From positions 17,176,001 to 17,240,000 of the forward strand of contig NC_087251.1 in NCBI RefSeq assembly GCF_037042905.1: a stretch of DNA of 64,000 nucleotides, in the 5' to 3' direction. The position numbers and the translations under genes are program-made. The stretch's first letter is position 1, and each line of letters starts with the position of its first letter. The stretch is from Lytechinus pictus (Eukaryota). The notes below the pieces were generated by a model that saw only the letters and a list, made by a program, of their open reading frames with translations, had not been told where the DNA came from and did no database searches. Shown one piece after another: positions 51,266-64,000 of this stretch.

Positions 51266-53256
51266 TTAACCTTGGTTGAGATTTCAATGACGCCACTACC
51301 CTCGCCATCGGAAAAGCGGCACCTATGTGTAAGCAAGACAAAAACCCGGAGCATCTTGGTCAGAGTAGGGTCAGAGGAACTTACACGACCACTGTCCAGA
51401 CAGGCACTACTCTGACCTTACTCCAAAAGGGCTTCCTCCGACCGTTCCTTCGATCTAACTACGATCAAAACATCCTCCGTCTGAACGAGGCTATGAAGAG
51501 AACGTGCCTGTTTACTAAGTGATTCAAGTTTGCAGGTTTCTTTCCCTAATTCCTATGAACCAAGTGACAAGGTATTTCTTTTCACTTGTGAGTAAAAAAG
51601 AAACTACAATACTTAGAATTCAGTTGCATACATTAGTTGTTGCTAGGTATGGCAAAGTCTTAAATTAAATTTCTAGGAAAGTTTCTAGTGAAACGTGCCC
51701 CCCCCCCCCAATCGACTGGCAAAAAAAAATGGGGAACAGGAGAAAAAGAGGGAGTTTATGAAGGTTTGCACATACCCCCCAAAAAAAAAAAAATTGGTTG
51801 GCCAAAAAAAATGGGGAACAGGAGAAAAAGAGGGAGAAAGAAAGAGAAACGTGGAGAAGAAGAAATTTTTGTATATTATATTATGTTATATTACATTATA
51901 TATATTACACAAGATGTATTTTTTCATAACTCTATGAATCATAATTTGCTTAAAATTTTTGTTTGTGTTCATCATTCCTGGTACTCACATTGTCTCTTTA
52001 ATGAGATATATAATCCTGTTGTACTGAAACATGCCGTTTTCAAGTCAATAAACACCAAATATATTTTCTCACACTTCGACTTATCATTGTTTAATAATTT
52101 ATGTAGTGACATATGCTTCTTTTTCATGACTTCTTAAAGTGATTACCCCCTTTTAAGGTCTGAATATAAAACGTTGCTTAGTGAATTGGTGAGATATGTC
52201 TGCTCTTCATTAATTTCTAAACAGTACTTGAAATTGTTGCTTTTCCTGGTCTGAAAATAAAAAATTTTCAGCTTGCACTTCGCATCATTTGGTTGTGTTT
52301 CACGCTCGCATTATTTTAGTGAGACAGGTATAAATCATGAGTACAAAAATTTGCTTATAATGTCCCTTTTTTACGTCTGAATATAAAAAAAATTCAGCTC
52401 ACGCTCCGCTTTCTCATTATTTGATTAGTAAGATACATATCCAATAATGGAACAGTCCTTAAAATGCCTCTACTATGTCAGTATCTGATAATATGCCATT
52501 CCGTAGTTCCATTCTGCACATGATCAGAAGATTCTGCGCATGATCAGAAGAGGGTCATTGGCCTAAAAGTGACACGGTGGTTCAATATTTAATGAGATAA
52601 GCACCAACTTTGCACCTTTGATGTCTTGATTATTCATATATTCTTTTGAATTGTAATTTTCATTAGATCCACAAAAAACAATACGTCCACTAGCGACTGG
52701 TATATCACAGTTCGCCAAGTACATTGCATAACAACAGGCTAATATGCATTCAAAGTGCAGCTAGTATACCTTCATAGAGTGTTCATTGGTGTGCTACTTT
52801 AGTCATCTGGACTATTCGATTTCTTCATCCTGTTAAGTAAGGCATGCTTACATAATATCTTGCTTTGAAATCTGCCTATCATAATGAAAGAGATGAAAGG
52901 TCATTTGACCAAAATTGCCCATGAAGTATGAAATGGTCTATTGGATGCGCTTTGCGCGCCCATCACTAAGTGAGTCAAAATGTTTGCCGGTGCCCCCCAA
53001 TGCCGTGACCCAAGGTACGCCACTGGTATCTCCATTAAATGTGACAGCTCTATACCATTGCTGAGGATCACCCCCCCCCCACACACACACACACATGAAA
53101 CCCTTGAAAATTCTTTCAAATTGTCCACTTGAAAAATTATTACAATATGGCCTGCAGTATGAGGTGCACCTCATAAAGATCAAAATACAAGAATACTTAC
53201 TAAATTATTTTCTAAAATATTGATCACTACAAGAAGAGCAGACAATGACTACTCAC

Positions 53257-53653
53257 CTCTCCCTATTCTATCAGAAAACAGTTCATATTTTCTGTTTTTG
53301 CTATATTTTGAACGTTTCCCTCGTGGCAAGTAGACATCGGAATTGCTCGAAAAATCACTATCTGGTGATGAATAGGTGCTTGGGGGAAGCAAACGTATAA
53401 CAGGTATCTGACTTGTAGAATAACTCCTGACTTGCATTTGGGTCCCTCTAAAGTTACCTGCTCTTGCTCTAGGATCATAAAGTCTATTAGGAACTGACTT
53501 CCTATGTATTTTTTTGTACATTTGAGGTTTATTTTCAATCAGCAGGGCCGATGTTTCGGAGTCTGTAACATCTGTTGTAGAGTAAGCGATGTCAATAACC
53601 TTCCCTTCAGTTGTCTTTCGACAGCAAAAGCAACATGACATCTTGCCTCCCAT
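53257..53653 (-). CDS. SYT14/16: Candidate alternative first coding exon V3 (MGGKMSCCFCCRK...DRIGR)
   Basis: AACATGG start; MGxxxS followed by CCFCC; 132 codons; ends AGA G|GTGAGT, a consensus phase-1 donor (397 nt = 132x3+1). Confidence 0.75.
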
Positions 53654-55516
53654 GTTATAAGACTGGCTGTATAGGATCAAGCTTTTAAAAAAATATATAC
53701 TTGCGGATTGAGAAAATCAAGCTGAAGATGTCAAATCAGATGCACAGTCATTGTCCTTCATCACAAAAGCTTTATCCACAGTGATATAGCAGATACATTT
53801 CAAGATAGAGCCCCCTCATTTTGCAATCTACATACCTATGCTTCAACTAGTTTAAGAAGGCAAAACAGTCTTGAAAACCACATCGCAAGGTGTTTTTTTC
53901 CACACTGGTTTGGAAGACTAAAATTAGTTCAAGAACCACTTGGAGCGTTCCCATAGTTACACATTAATCTGGTTTCCTGTCAACTGGTTTCCACTAACTG
54001 AAATGAGAAGAGGGTTAGTAGGACACTGAACAAAACCACTGGCATCAAATCTAAATCCTCCAACATCACTTTTCCATGTACAGTTCTACTACGTGCTATA
54101 ACCAATCCAAAGCATCTGATAAATAGAGATCTCTTTCTGCAAACATGTCTGATTCATGCCAGACAAGACAATAATAAACACTCCGCACATTCTTTGTTGG
54201 ATACGAAGAAGGCTTGAATGAATGGCCAAATTTCCCTGGTCAACCAAACCTATCACAATTATGGCTTCCACAGGTTGTCATAGTCCAAGGAAGTTGAATC
54301 AAGCTAGGCTGTCTGGTAACTTTAAAAGATTGTACCTGGTTGTCTGTCAGTTTGACTTCATTCATACTTGGTCTCCTGTGGTCTATACCAAAGTGTTTCA
54401 GAGAGTGTAGACCATGGTTGTACCATAGAGCTATAGCTCTATGGTTGTAGAAAGCAAACAGATTAAATCCTTTAAACCAACTTAACGGACAATGGACATC
54501 TACCTGTGCATGGAGGTTCCAAACCTCAAGGATCTCTTCATGGATTACACAAAAACAGGGAAATTACAACTATCCTTGTAGTTACGTCATTCCCTTTTTC
54601 AGGGTCATTAGTACATTTGACTATCAATGGATTTTCATACATATGGGTGACATACCATATCTTGTAGCAATGGCAGGAAAACTGAACAGGTCAGTAAAAG
54701 TGACAAGTGCCCTGCATAACCCATCCCCCCCCAAAAAAAAAAAAGTTTGAATAGGCTATATACTCATAGACACCATCCTCATCTACTTCCATTTAACTAG
54801 TTTAGTGGAAACAAATTATAAAGTGGAAACAAGTTCAGGGATTCTTATTGTCTTTTCTTTTAATACTTCTATAATTTGCTGTGTTTATTTTTTTACTGCC
54901 ATGATGCTTTATGATTATACTGAAGGTTTGTATTGTATGAATATGAATAAACACCTCTGTTACACACATGTATGTATAGAAAGACGAGAATAAATGCCAA
55001 TGTTGCTAATGTCTCATGTACACCTAATTCCTGCATACACTGCATATATCATATGCAGTGTATATCATTTCAAGAGGCCTACATATCACATTGCAGTGAA
55101 TGTGATTATATATTTATATATTTATGTATCAGAATCAGATGTCATGTAGTTGCAATGTACTATTCTCCAAAATCTAACTTCCATGTCTTTCTTAGGTTAA
55201 GAAATGAAGCCAATCTTATATACAGCCAGTTTAGATTTGACTTCAATTGGGCAAAATATATCTGGTTGCTTTTATTCATACAAGGATATATATCAACTGA
55301 CATTTTATCAAAGTAGAATCTTATTTCCCATCTGACATTTATATTACTATTAAGAAATAAACATGCATCAATGCATCTAAATTTCATAAAGTTTGCAAGT
55401 TTAATGCATCAAAGTTTCATCAAGTTTGTAAGTCTTTTTATTTAAAGAAAATATTAAATGCAAGTTTGTTACAGAGAAAGTAATGAATGAAGTTTAACAT
55501 GCAGTCACTGACATAC

Positions 55517-56060
55517 CATAATAACCTCTAGGTGAATAATGTTGAGTAAGCTTTATCTTCCTCTGGTGGTTTTTGTCTCTCGTTGCAACATTAAGAATTT
55601 CTGAGCCACTCCTAGGTAGGAGCTTATACCGATGGTCATCACTAATCCGTCTGGTCACGGGAAGACTCTTAGAACTGGTGATGTCGCTGAGGTCAGAGTA
55701 TGACGTCCCTTCGCTCAAGCAATGTTCGCTGTCAGTGTTATACAGGGGAGATGGTGGAAGGTGCAGGACTTGTCCTTCCTGGATAGTCTCAAGGTCTTCT
55801 GCACCTTCTGGGGTATCTATCCCTGTGTCATTATAGTCATCAACATGTTCACTGGAATACTGATGTTTCTGAGACAGCATGCGTTCTCTAGCATCACCAT
55901 CACCACCATCATGATCATCATAAGGTCTACTCGATTGATCCCTGTCCGCTTCATTCAACATGCTCTCTTTCTCAGAAGGGTCCGCGACGGTTTCGTCCTT
56001 GTTTGGACGCAAGGAGCTGATGAAGCTTCCTATGAACTGGGTGAATTCATCAAAAGCCAT
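55517..56060 (-). CDS. SYT14/16: Candidate alternative first (or cassette) coding exon V4 (MAFDEFTQFIGSFISSLRP...SPRGYY)
   Basis: GCCATGG Kozak context; 181 codons of acidic, Ser-rich sequence; ends TAT G|GTATGT, a phase-1 donor (544 nt = 181x3+1). A TTCTTCAG acceptor at 56082-56081 also fits phase 1. Confidence 0.75.
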
Positions 56061-59000
56061 GGCAACTTGGCTTTTTATAACTGAAGAATACACATAGAAT
56101 TGTTGATCTAGATATAATCTACCACAGATTATATGAAATTCAATTGATGAGGTTGTCAAGAGTAAACCATTCTTCTATCAACTACAATATGGTGTATCAG
56201 CAATGTGCATTTTCACAAGCAATCAATGTCCAATGCACCAGCTCCTAAGGTGACTTCCAATCTCCAACTTCAGACAGCTCGAAGCACTACTCCATCCAGA
56301 ATCAGAAGACCACAGAGAAAACTACCGGACAGCCATCTTAACTATAACGGAATCATCCTCTGCTTCACAATCAATGCTGTATTGTTATGCAGTAACAATT
56401 GGCAAGTAGGGAGGAAAAGCTCTGAAGAAATCAATAAACTCGGTTGAGAAGTGTTTAGGAAATAACAGGTGATGGGCTTACACCACAGTTTAAGCTCCAT
56501 ATTTATGACCTCACGACCTATGATTGCAGTCTCCTGTTGATTTCTCTGTATTCCACATTGACAACATTCAGGTACTTACACCAATGTCAGAGATCTCCCA
56601 TTCTCATTATCATTCTTAACATGCATAGATGCTATGACATTGCAATACATCACACGTCATCCCCACCACACAGTACACGGCACTACTACGCTCAACCCCA
56701 AGGCCATCCTATGGGCCGTACTTCCCAGAACATAGCAAGAAAACAATAGCCCACAAATCAATATCTCACTTCCAATTTCAACACAGCACTCGAGGCAACA
56801 AAACTGAATGAGTTTCTTCAATTTCAAATGAATTGTTCTCATTCGAAGGTGATGGTTCATGGACAAGATACGACACTTCATTATTCACAAGAACCGTCAA
56901 TCAAAATTCATGATCATATATATCTTTCTTGTGAGTGATAACATATAAAGCATACTTTCTATGGTTGGCTTTCTATCACATGTTGATCATATTTTTGCAC
57001 CAGAGATAAAAAGAATGGAGAAAATGTGCCTTGCAAGAAATAACAGTTTTTGGTAAGTTCTGCACTTAAGTACCAAGTGGGCCATCTGCAATATGGTGAG
57101 CATTAAAAATTTTGGTTTTTCAAAACAAATAATGAGGGGAACAGGTCAGTCAAAGATTAGGCAAAATGGTAGAGTCTGGATGAAAGTAGTAATACACACT
57201 GAAATCTGCTGACAAGACATCATGCAAAATGGGTTAACTTCGAATCCGAGTACATACATGAGCCAATTAGGCGAGTTTATACATCTACCATTCTGTTCTC
57301 ATGCCAAGACTGTCTGCAATGCTAGCCAGTATCTGTCTCAAAGGGATACTCTACGCTGAAAAATAATATGATCTGAACAGAGAGAGAAAAATCAGACAAA
57401 CACAACACTAAAAATTTGATCAAAATCTGACAAAGAATAACAAAAGTTATGACATTTGAAAGATTTGCATTTTTTTTGTATAACAGTTCTATTCATGGCT
57501 TCATGAATATTCAATTAGCAAACTGCTGTCATATCACCACTTGTTTTGTATTATATGGAATTATGTTTATTTAATTTTGTCCTCCAAGGATGAATAAAAT
57601 TGGATTGACAACTGACTAACTGCATTAATACACATTCATTGCTGCAACTTATTTCATTATAAGGTAGACATACCATACACACATGTATGAAAATATGATT
57701 TCATGTTATAACATAAGAAAAAGGAAAGTGGGGATGTGACATCATCAGCCCACCTCGTGTATATTTATGACAATGTGCATAATTGTTTTCACAAAATAGG
57801 GCTTTACTTTAAAATTCAATAACTTTGTTATTTCATATCAGATTTCGATGAAATTTTCAATATTTTGCTTGGTGAATTTTACGCTACTTATTTAGATACG
57901 ACTATTTTCAACTTTGGAGTACCCATTTATCATCATTCGTTAAAGTACAGTCCACCATTGGGTGTATCATCGTACTTGTATTTAAGCTAGATCCATCAAG
58001 TTACACTACCTTCAAACAATTTAGAAGATGCAGTCAAGATACATTTATAAAATGATGACATTCTGATGTACTTTCTTTAAAGCACCCCTACTCCCTTCAC
58101 TTTTTGTCATTCAAAATAAGATCATATACAACCTAGTTTTTAGCACACATCTTATTTCAGCTTACATTGAAGCTCAACTTAAGATTTGGTTGATCCTCTA
58201 AAATATTTTTTAAAAGAAACTTACTTTCTTTTTTCTCAGCTGGTCAATAGCTTGACCACAGCAAAGTATTGTCCACTTCTCAGATTATCAAATATCAAGC
58301 CAATGAGATAATGCAAATATATCATTGTACCTTAGCCAGGGATAAAATCCTGCATGTATTATCAAAATTATCTTTGCCTAATATAAGTTTGCCTACATTG
58401 GAGTCATATCTAGGCATAAGTAGAGGGTGCGCCCTTGTGTATCAGGCTAAGAGACCATTTCATAATGCGTTCTTTTAAGAAACACAGAAATTCACTGGAA
58501 ATAAGGAAGGAGTTAATAATGAATCTAACACATATCTCACATGTGGTAGTCAATATGAGTTTTATATGAATATTCCAGCAATTGACCCTTAAATTGGAAA
58601 CCACCACTAAACCCAACAATATATCAGGGTTGTCCTCTGAGTATGAATCAACTGCCAGTGATTCAGGCTCATTTGAAAAGTAAACTAGTTTAGACTGGAA
58701 GTAAAACTATGTTCCAGGGGCCTTATCGACAGATATACACAGTACACCAATTCTTTCACTCCAGCTGCACTAGTTCTCACCATTTCTCAGTGCAAAATAT
58801 ACCTCAACACATGATAAAAACCGAGTCAATATGATACTCTTGTTTCTATCCTGGAAAATACTCCATAAGGCTAAAAGCACTGAAAAATGTCTGCATTCAA
58901 AAGGCAATATTCAACAACAAAAAAGATATAAACACTACTTACCTTGATACAATGTCTATTATGTTAGTGCAATAACACAAATTAAATATATTTCTGGTTA

Positions 59001-61004
59001 GAATTTTAGATGACTTACCAATAGGCTAACCATACACTTATACAAACTAATGTTAGAATTAAACTGAAAATATGTGCAGTTAAAACACATCAAATTGCAG
59101 ATAGTGTATGGCAAAATTATAGATTCCCTTGTCATGTTCCCCCCCCCCCTCTCTCTCTCTCCCTCTCTCTCTCTAGTCATAGGGCAAATTAGCTGAAAAA
59201 TATAGCACACTCAGGACTTAATAAGCATACACTCATTTAATTAATACACACCCCTGAGTCTGCAATACTATTACAAAATTAGGAATGTATGTTTGTATGA
59301 CCAAATTATATTCGAAATATCTCATGAATCACAAAGGAATCACCATAATAGGAAGGTGCAAATTAAATGAAAAAGTTAATTGGGGAGAAAGACTATTTAT
59401 TGTAAAATAACAGAATCAAGAGGATTACAAATTACAATCATCCCAACTCTCACTCACTCTATTTATTTCCAAAGTACAAGTAAACATAAAAACACACTGG
59501 TACCCAAATTACTCAATTGTTCAATACCATAGAGTTATAGTTTATCTACAGACTTCATGCAGATGTGGAGATATTCAAATTGGTTCTGTCTTTATTTACA
59601 AGTTAGTATGGGTGATTGAACTGGATCTTGGTTTCCGCCATAACTAATTTTAATTAAATTAATCCATATCTATAAATATCATTAATAAACTTCATCTGAA
59701 ATGATCATTCAAGCAGTCTGATTCTCTGCAAACCACTTTATTCTATCACTCATTTAAAAAAAAATTAAGATAATTGCAAGTGATTCAAATATATCAAACT
59801 GAGATTGGCACTGATCTTAAATGTGTTTTGAAGAGAATAAAAGTTGGGATCAAACTCAATATCAATCAAATGTAACTCTTACGAGGATGGGCCCCTGAAA
59901 AGCCAGACTATCTGTAAAATAATAATTTGGATTATTCAAATTCACACTTTCAACTTCATATTAGAGGGGAGGGCGACAGTGAAGGGATAATCACATCATT
60001 CAAGAGTTTGTTCCAGACCAGTTCACCTGTCATTTCGATATCTCCTTCCATCTCAAAGAAACTCCTCTCGTGTCTTGGGAAGGTGTCTCCTGTTTCATCC
60101 TCAACATCATGTACATACAAGAATTCTTCTCCTTCATGTCCATATTGATGCATTCAAATCAAGCACAGTACATCAATTCAATTTTATGAAATTCAATCCT
60201 ATAAGAGCCATCGATGGGTTTGACAGGCTTAATACTCTTGTAGTTCCCATTATAAAGTATGATAGATGTTCAACATTTTTCTTTTCAAAGTATACAAACA
60301 AGGTAATATTTACATTTTTTTATTTAAGTAAAACATGAATTTTCCCATGCTATTGGGAGAATAATCACAAAAAAAATTTACCCAACATTCAGAAATACAA
60401 AATTCTATACAACGGAAGATTTAATCGTGCATATACAGTTAGCTTTTGCTTTAAAAAACTTTTACAACTATTATCATAGTTTTACAACTATAATCATTCT
60501 TTATCATCTACTGGAGTTTCATTCAGAATTTTTAAGAAAATTCTAAAAATTATTTGTAATGTTTTACAATAGCTAACATTATGCCAAAAGGGGAGAATGA
60601 ACTGACTATACTCTTACTCTGAAAATGCCAATTGTATACAAACATGAAACAATGCACAGAGTTTAACTTTTGCTAATGACTTGATATCAATTATCAAAAA
60701 GAAATTGAAATATTATAATAAAATTTTAGACAAGAAAATACTTTTGGTTTCAGTATATCAAAGTGGTATGATGGTATGATGGTGAGAATATAGAGTTTGA
60801 CTGCGGTCAAATGAAAAATATCAACGATTAAAAAAATCCTAAAATTGAGTTTAGAAATGAAGAGGGGGAAATAAAATTTGGGGGAATAAAATCAAAGCAT
60901 CCATCACAAAGCTATGAGAGTTAATTGATACTGTAAATACTTGAAATAATTTCAAGATGATTAATTCTTTGACATGACGCTGCAAATTTGCTAGATACAT
61001 CTGA

Positions 61005-61530
61005 GGGTGTGTTCAATGTCAATTTTCAATTTAGACAGCAACATGAATCATGATTGAAAACTCAATTACAAAACACAGAACACAAAATCCATCAGTGGTG
61101 CACTGTACAGTGTCTTCAGTATAAAGCTGATCTTTTGTCGATCATCTTTAAATTTCCCACTTTGGTAAATGCAGCTTTAGTGCGTATTTGAAAGGTCAAT
61201 TCTAGCACCTGCTTGTGCAGGCTTCCACTGCGAGAGCATATTTAAAGACTTTTCAAAACTCAATCAAGTTTGCATTTATTCCGTTCAATGTCACATTCGC
61301 GATGCTGAAGGTTGTAAAATCTTATCTGATCTCATTTCCAAACATATCTTCTTCAGTGTATAAATTTTCCTCCCAATCGTGATCTGAAAGACGTTTACTT
61401 TTGCAACCAGGAATGGGGAACATTAAAACACACCATTTGTTCTCATTATATCCACGTTGTGTAACAGCGTTTAAATATTATGATTCATGTTGCTGTTTAA
61501 ATTTGAAAATTGGCAAATTTGAAAACACCC
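61005..61530. mobile_element. Degenerate MITE with ~50-bp inverted termini; the right end is partly duplicated at ~61603-61650
   Basis: GGGTGTGTTCAA...CAGCAACATGAATCAT versus ATGATTCATGTTGCTG...GAAAACACCC. Confidence 0.65.
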
Positions 61531-62304
61531 TTATGATAGTCCTGATTAATTGTCTCACTATGTAATCAAAATTTGAGTTATTCTTTGTAAAACTGATATC
61601 AATATTCATGGTTGCTGTTTAAATTGGAAATCAGCAAATTTGAAAACACTCTTCTAGTCCTGACTAATTGCCTCACTATGTAACCACTGATAAAAAAATT
61701 TTCACTGTCCATACAGGTCTAATAATTTGAATCAATTAAAAGGGGAATAATTATGCTGAGTAGAACACTGACATACATTAAAGAAGTAAAGTAAAGAATT
61801 AAATAACAATTACAAAACTAGATTTAAGTAAATGTAAATTTAAAAGCCTCTTTGGAGTGATTTTTAAAACTATATTTCTGCACATATTGATGAAACATGA
61901 AAAATTGGAAATTCATCAATATTACAAGGATTTTCTGCACCTAACCACCTTTGAAAAAGTAAAGATGTCATGACATAGCAGAGTTATACTTTGTCGGTCT
62001 GACTTTTTACATGTACATTGTGTAAAACAATTTAAGTCATATTATCATAACAATAATCATCTTCTTTCCAATGGCTAAATAATAAGATTGAAAATTTTAA
62101 TAAATCACCTAGTGAATTCAGCAATAATGAATCTGTTATGTATTACACATGTAATTACAATGCAGAAAATTATTCAACTGTTTAATATTTCTAATCATTT
62201 CCAGTTCCAAAGATTAAGTCTATCCCATAATTCAGTATTAACATTTTAGTCAAGAACTTATTTTTGATTTCTCTAACATTTGGTTCTATGTGTAATTTTA
62301 TGCC

Positions 62305-62605
<301 letters not shown>

Positions 62606-64000
62606 ATCACCAATGTAGATAATGTTGATGGAAAATGGTAGTAAATAATTGTGGTGATAATCAAAGTGATGATAGTAGTGCTGGTAGAAGCATTGACAGA
62701 AATTACCCTAACACTGCCTTCAACATTTCAAAGGTAATCACAATGTCTAAAGATAACTAGGCAAAATATTACCAACATAAACAGCCTTTTTGATATAATT
62801 TGCATAGAAAACCAGAACTATTCCAAAAATGAAATTGGCATGCAGCTAGCCTCTCATGTATACTGTACAAATCCCTTCACTTGGATAAATAACATTGATA
62901 TACAGTTAATATGAATCTGCTGCATGGTGAGTATACATACAAATAATGAAATCCCAGAGTATATATATATTTTTTTAAATAGTAATGTTTTTCCACAATT
63001 CAAAAGTGCACCAATGTTTAATAAACATGATTTTTGTGGCATGATCTGAAAATGGCACATGCCTCCCACCCCCCCCCCCCCTTTAGCATGAAATGGGCAC
63101 TAAGGTTAATTTTTAGTTTGAAGTGCCCACTTCTATTTTCATTGATTAAATTTTGTTTTCAATCTTGATGAATTTTCTCAACACCTTCATTGATATGATT
63201 CACTCATTTATATCAGGATGGATTGGATTCCCCCAATTAAAACAATCTGAAAAATGAAATCCACAATATGAAAAACTAATGCTATAATTCTCATAAATGA
63301 GTTCTAGGTCTAAGAGAACAGAGAGATCAATTTAAAGAAAAAAATACAAATACTTCAAACGGCTCGGAAAAAGAACAGTTTCACTTGTGACAATCATTTA
63401 TGCTGGTACTGTATAAAGTGTGCTTCAGTTTAGATTGCATATTTCTGGGACAAATAATGAATGCATGCTTTTGTCAAAGGGTGTTTGATTGATTTCTATG
63501 GTTTGAGAATTGAAATCATGGCTACTTTATAAGAAAAATAATAGTTGGATTTTTAAAGCGCTTTTTGCCTGAGGACACAAATTGCTGCTATTATTACCCC
63601 GGCGATAGTCGTGCTGCCTACATGCGCTCTGGGTTGAGTGCAGCATGATGTGGGTAAATTTGTTGCTGAAGGTAAACACACCATTGCTTTTAACTTCCAT
63701 ATAATCCATTGTCTTGCGCCACAGGAACAATCATAAATTTAGCACCTTCTGACAATGGAATAAGGTCATCATTGGATATTTCAGAATGTATTCTTTTAAG
63801 TCAAGATCTAAATCATGATCTATTAATACATAAAATCTGCATAAATCATGGTCACAATTCAAACCATCTTTGTGAATTCTGTCCCATTTCATGAGATCAT
63901 GACACTAAATGTATGGTATACCAATTCAGAATGCCTCTAAGATTGGAATCATGGCGAATAATATTATAATTTGTTCATAAATAAATAGCTAAAACATGCT

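Larger units (their letters stand above)
47133..51341 (+). mobile_element. Second, fragmented HINE-like copy (same family as 7974-8932)
   Basis: Same AACAAGTGGA...ATAGCAGCAGTGCT head, AAGTTTCATGAACTAG units and TCGGAAAAGCGGC(A/G)CCTAT tail. Confidence 0.75.
46684..51491. mobile_element. Outer MITE (Harbinger-like ends) of a nested stack, with a 78-bp tandem duplication at ~46776-46931
   Basis: GCTTCGTTCAGTCGTGGA at the left resembles the reverse complement of TCCTCCGTCTGAACGAGGC at the right. Confidence 0.55.

Noticed and set aside
59883..59911. 29-nt micro-exon with good sites (TTTTACAG...|GTAAGA) on the minus strand
   Set aside because: The only reading that ends in phase 1 contains a TAG stop, so it cannot join the constant exon as coding sequence. 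It may be non-coding or chance.

Overview
This is AT-rich, repeat-dense eukaryotic (metazoan) DNA. The repeat families are consistent with a sea urchin or related invertebrate deuterostome (inference). The only confidently identified gene is a minus-strand synaptotagmin-14/16-type gene with tandem C2 domains, predicted Ca2+-independent. Five constant exons (31158 to 26398) splice in frame with canonical GT-AG sites and end in ...QVCRWHALLES*. The most interesting structure lies in the >30 kb upstream of them: an array of mutually unrelated, ATG-initiated coding segments. Four are strong (37010-36743, 46085-45911, 53653-53257, 56060-55517) and three are weaker. Each ends in a phase-1 GT donor matching the phase-1 acceptor of the first constant exon. 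Several begin with lipid-anchor signals (a myristoylation consensus, Cys clusters) and carry dileucine-like sorting motifs, suggesting a variable-first-exon system that swaps membrane-targeting N-termini onto one C2A-C2B body. No SYT14-type transmembrane exon is visible in the window. The rest is mostly nested non-autonomous transposons with readable TIRs and TSDs: TTAA MITEs, hAT-like elements with 5-, 6- and 8-bp TSDs, a TU/foldback-like element, Helentron-associated HINE-like elements, tRNA-derived SINEs and a CR1 remnant, plus microsatellites. Most ORF-track entries are spurious.
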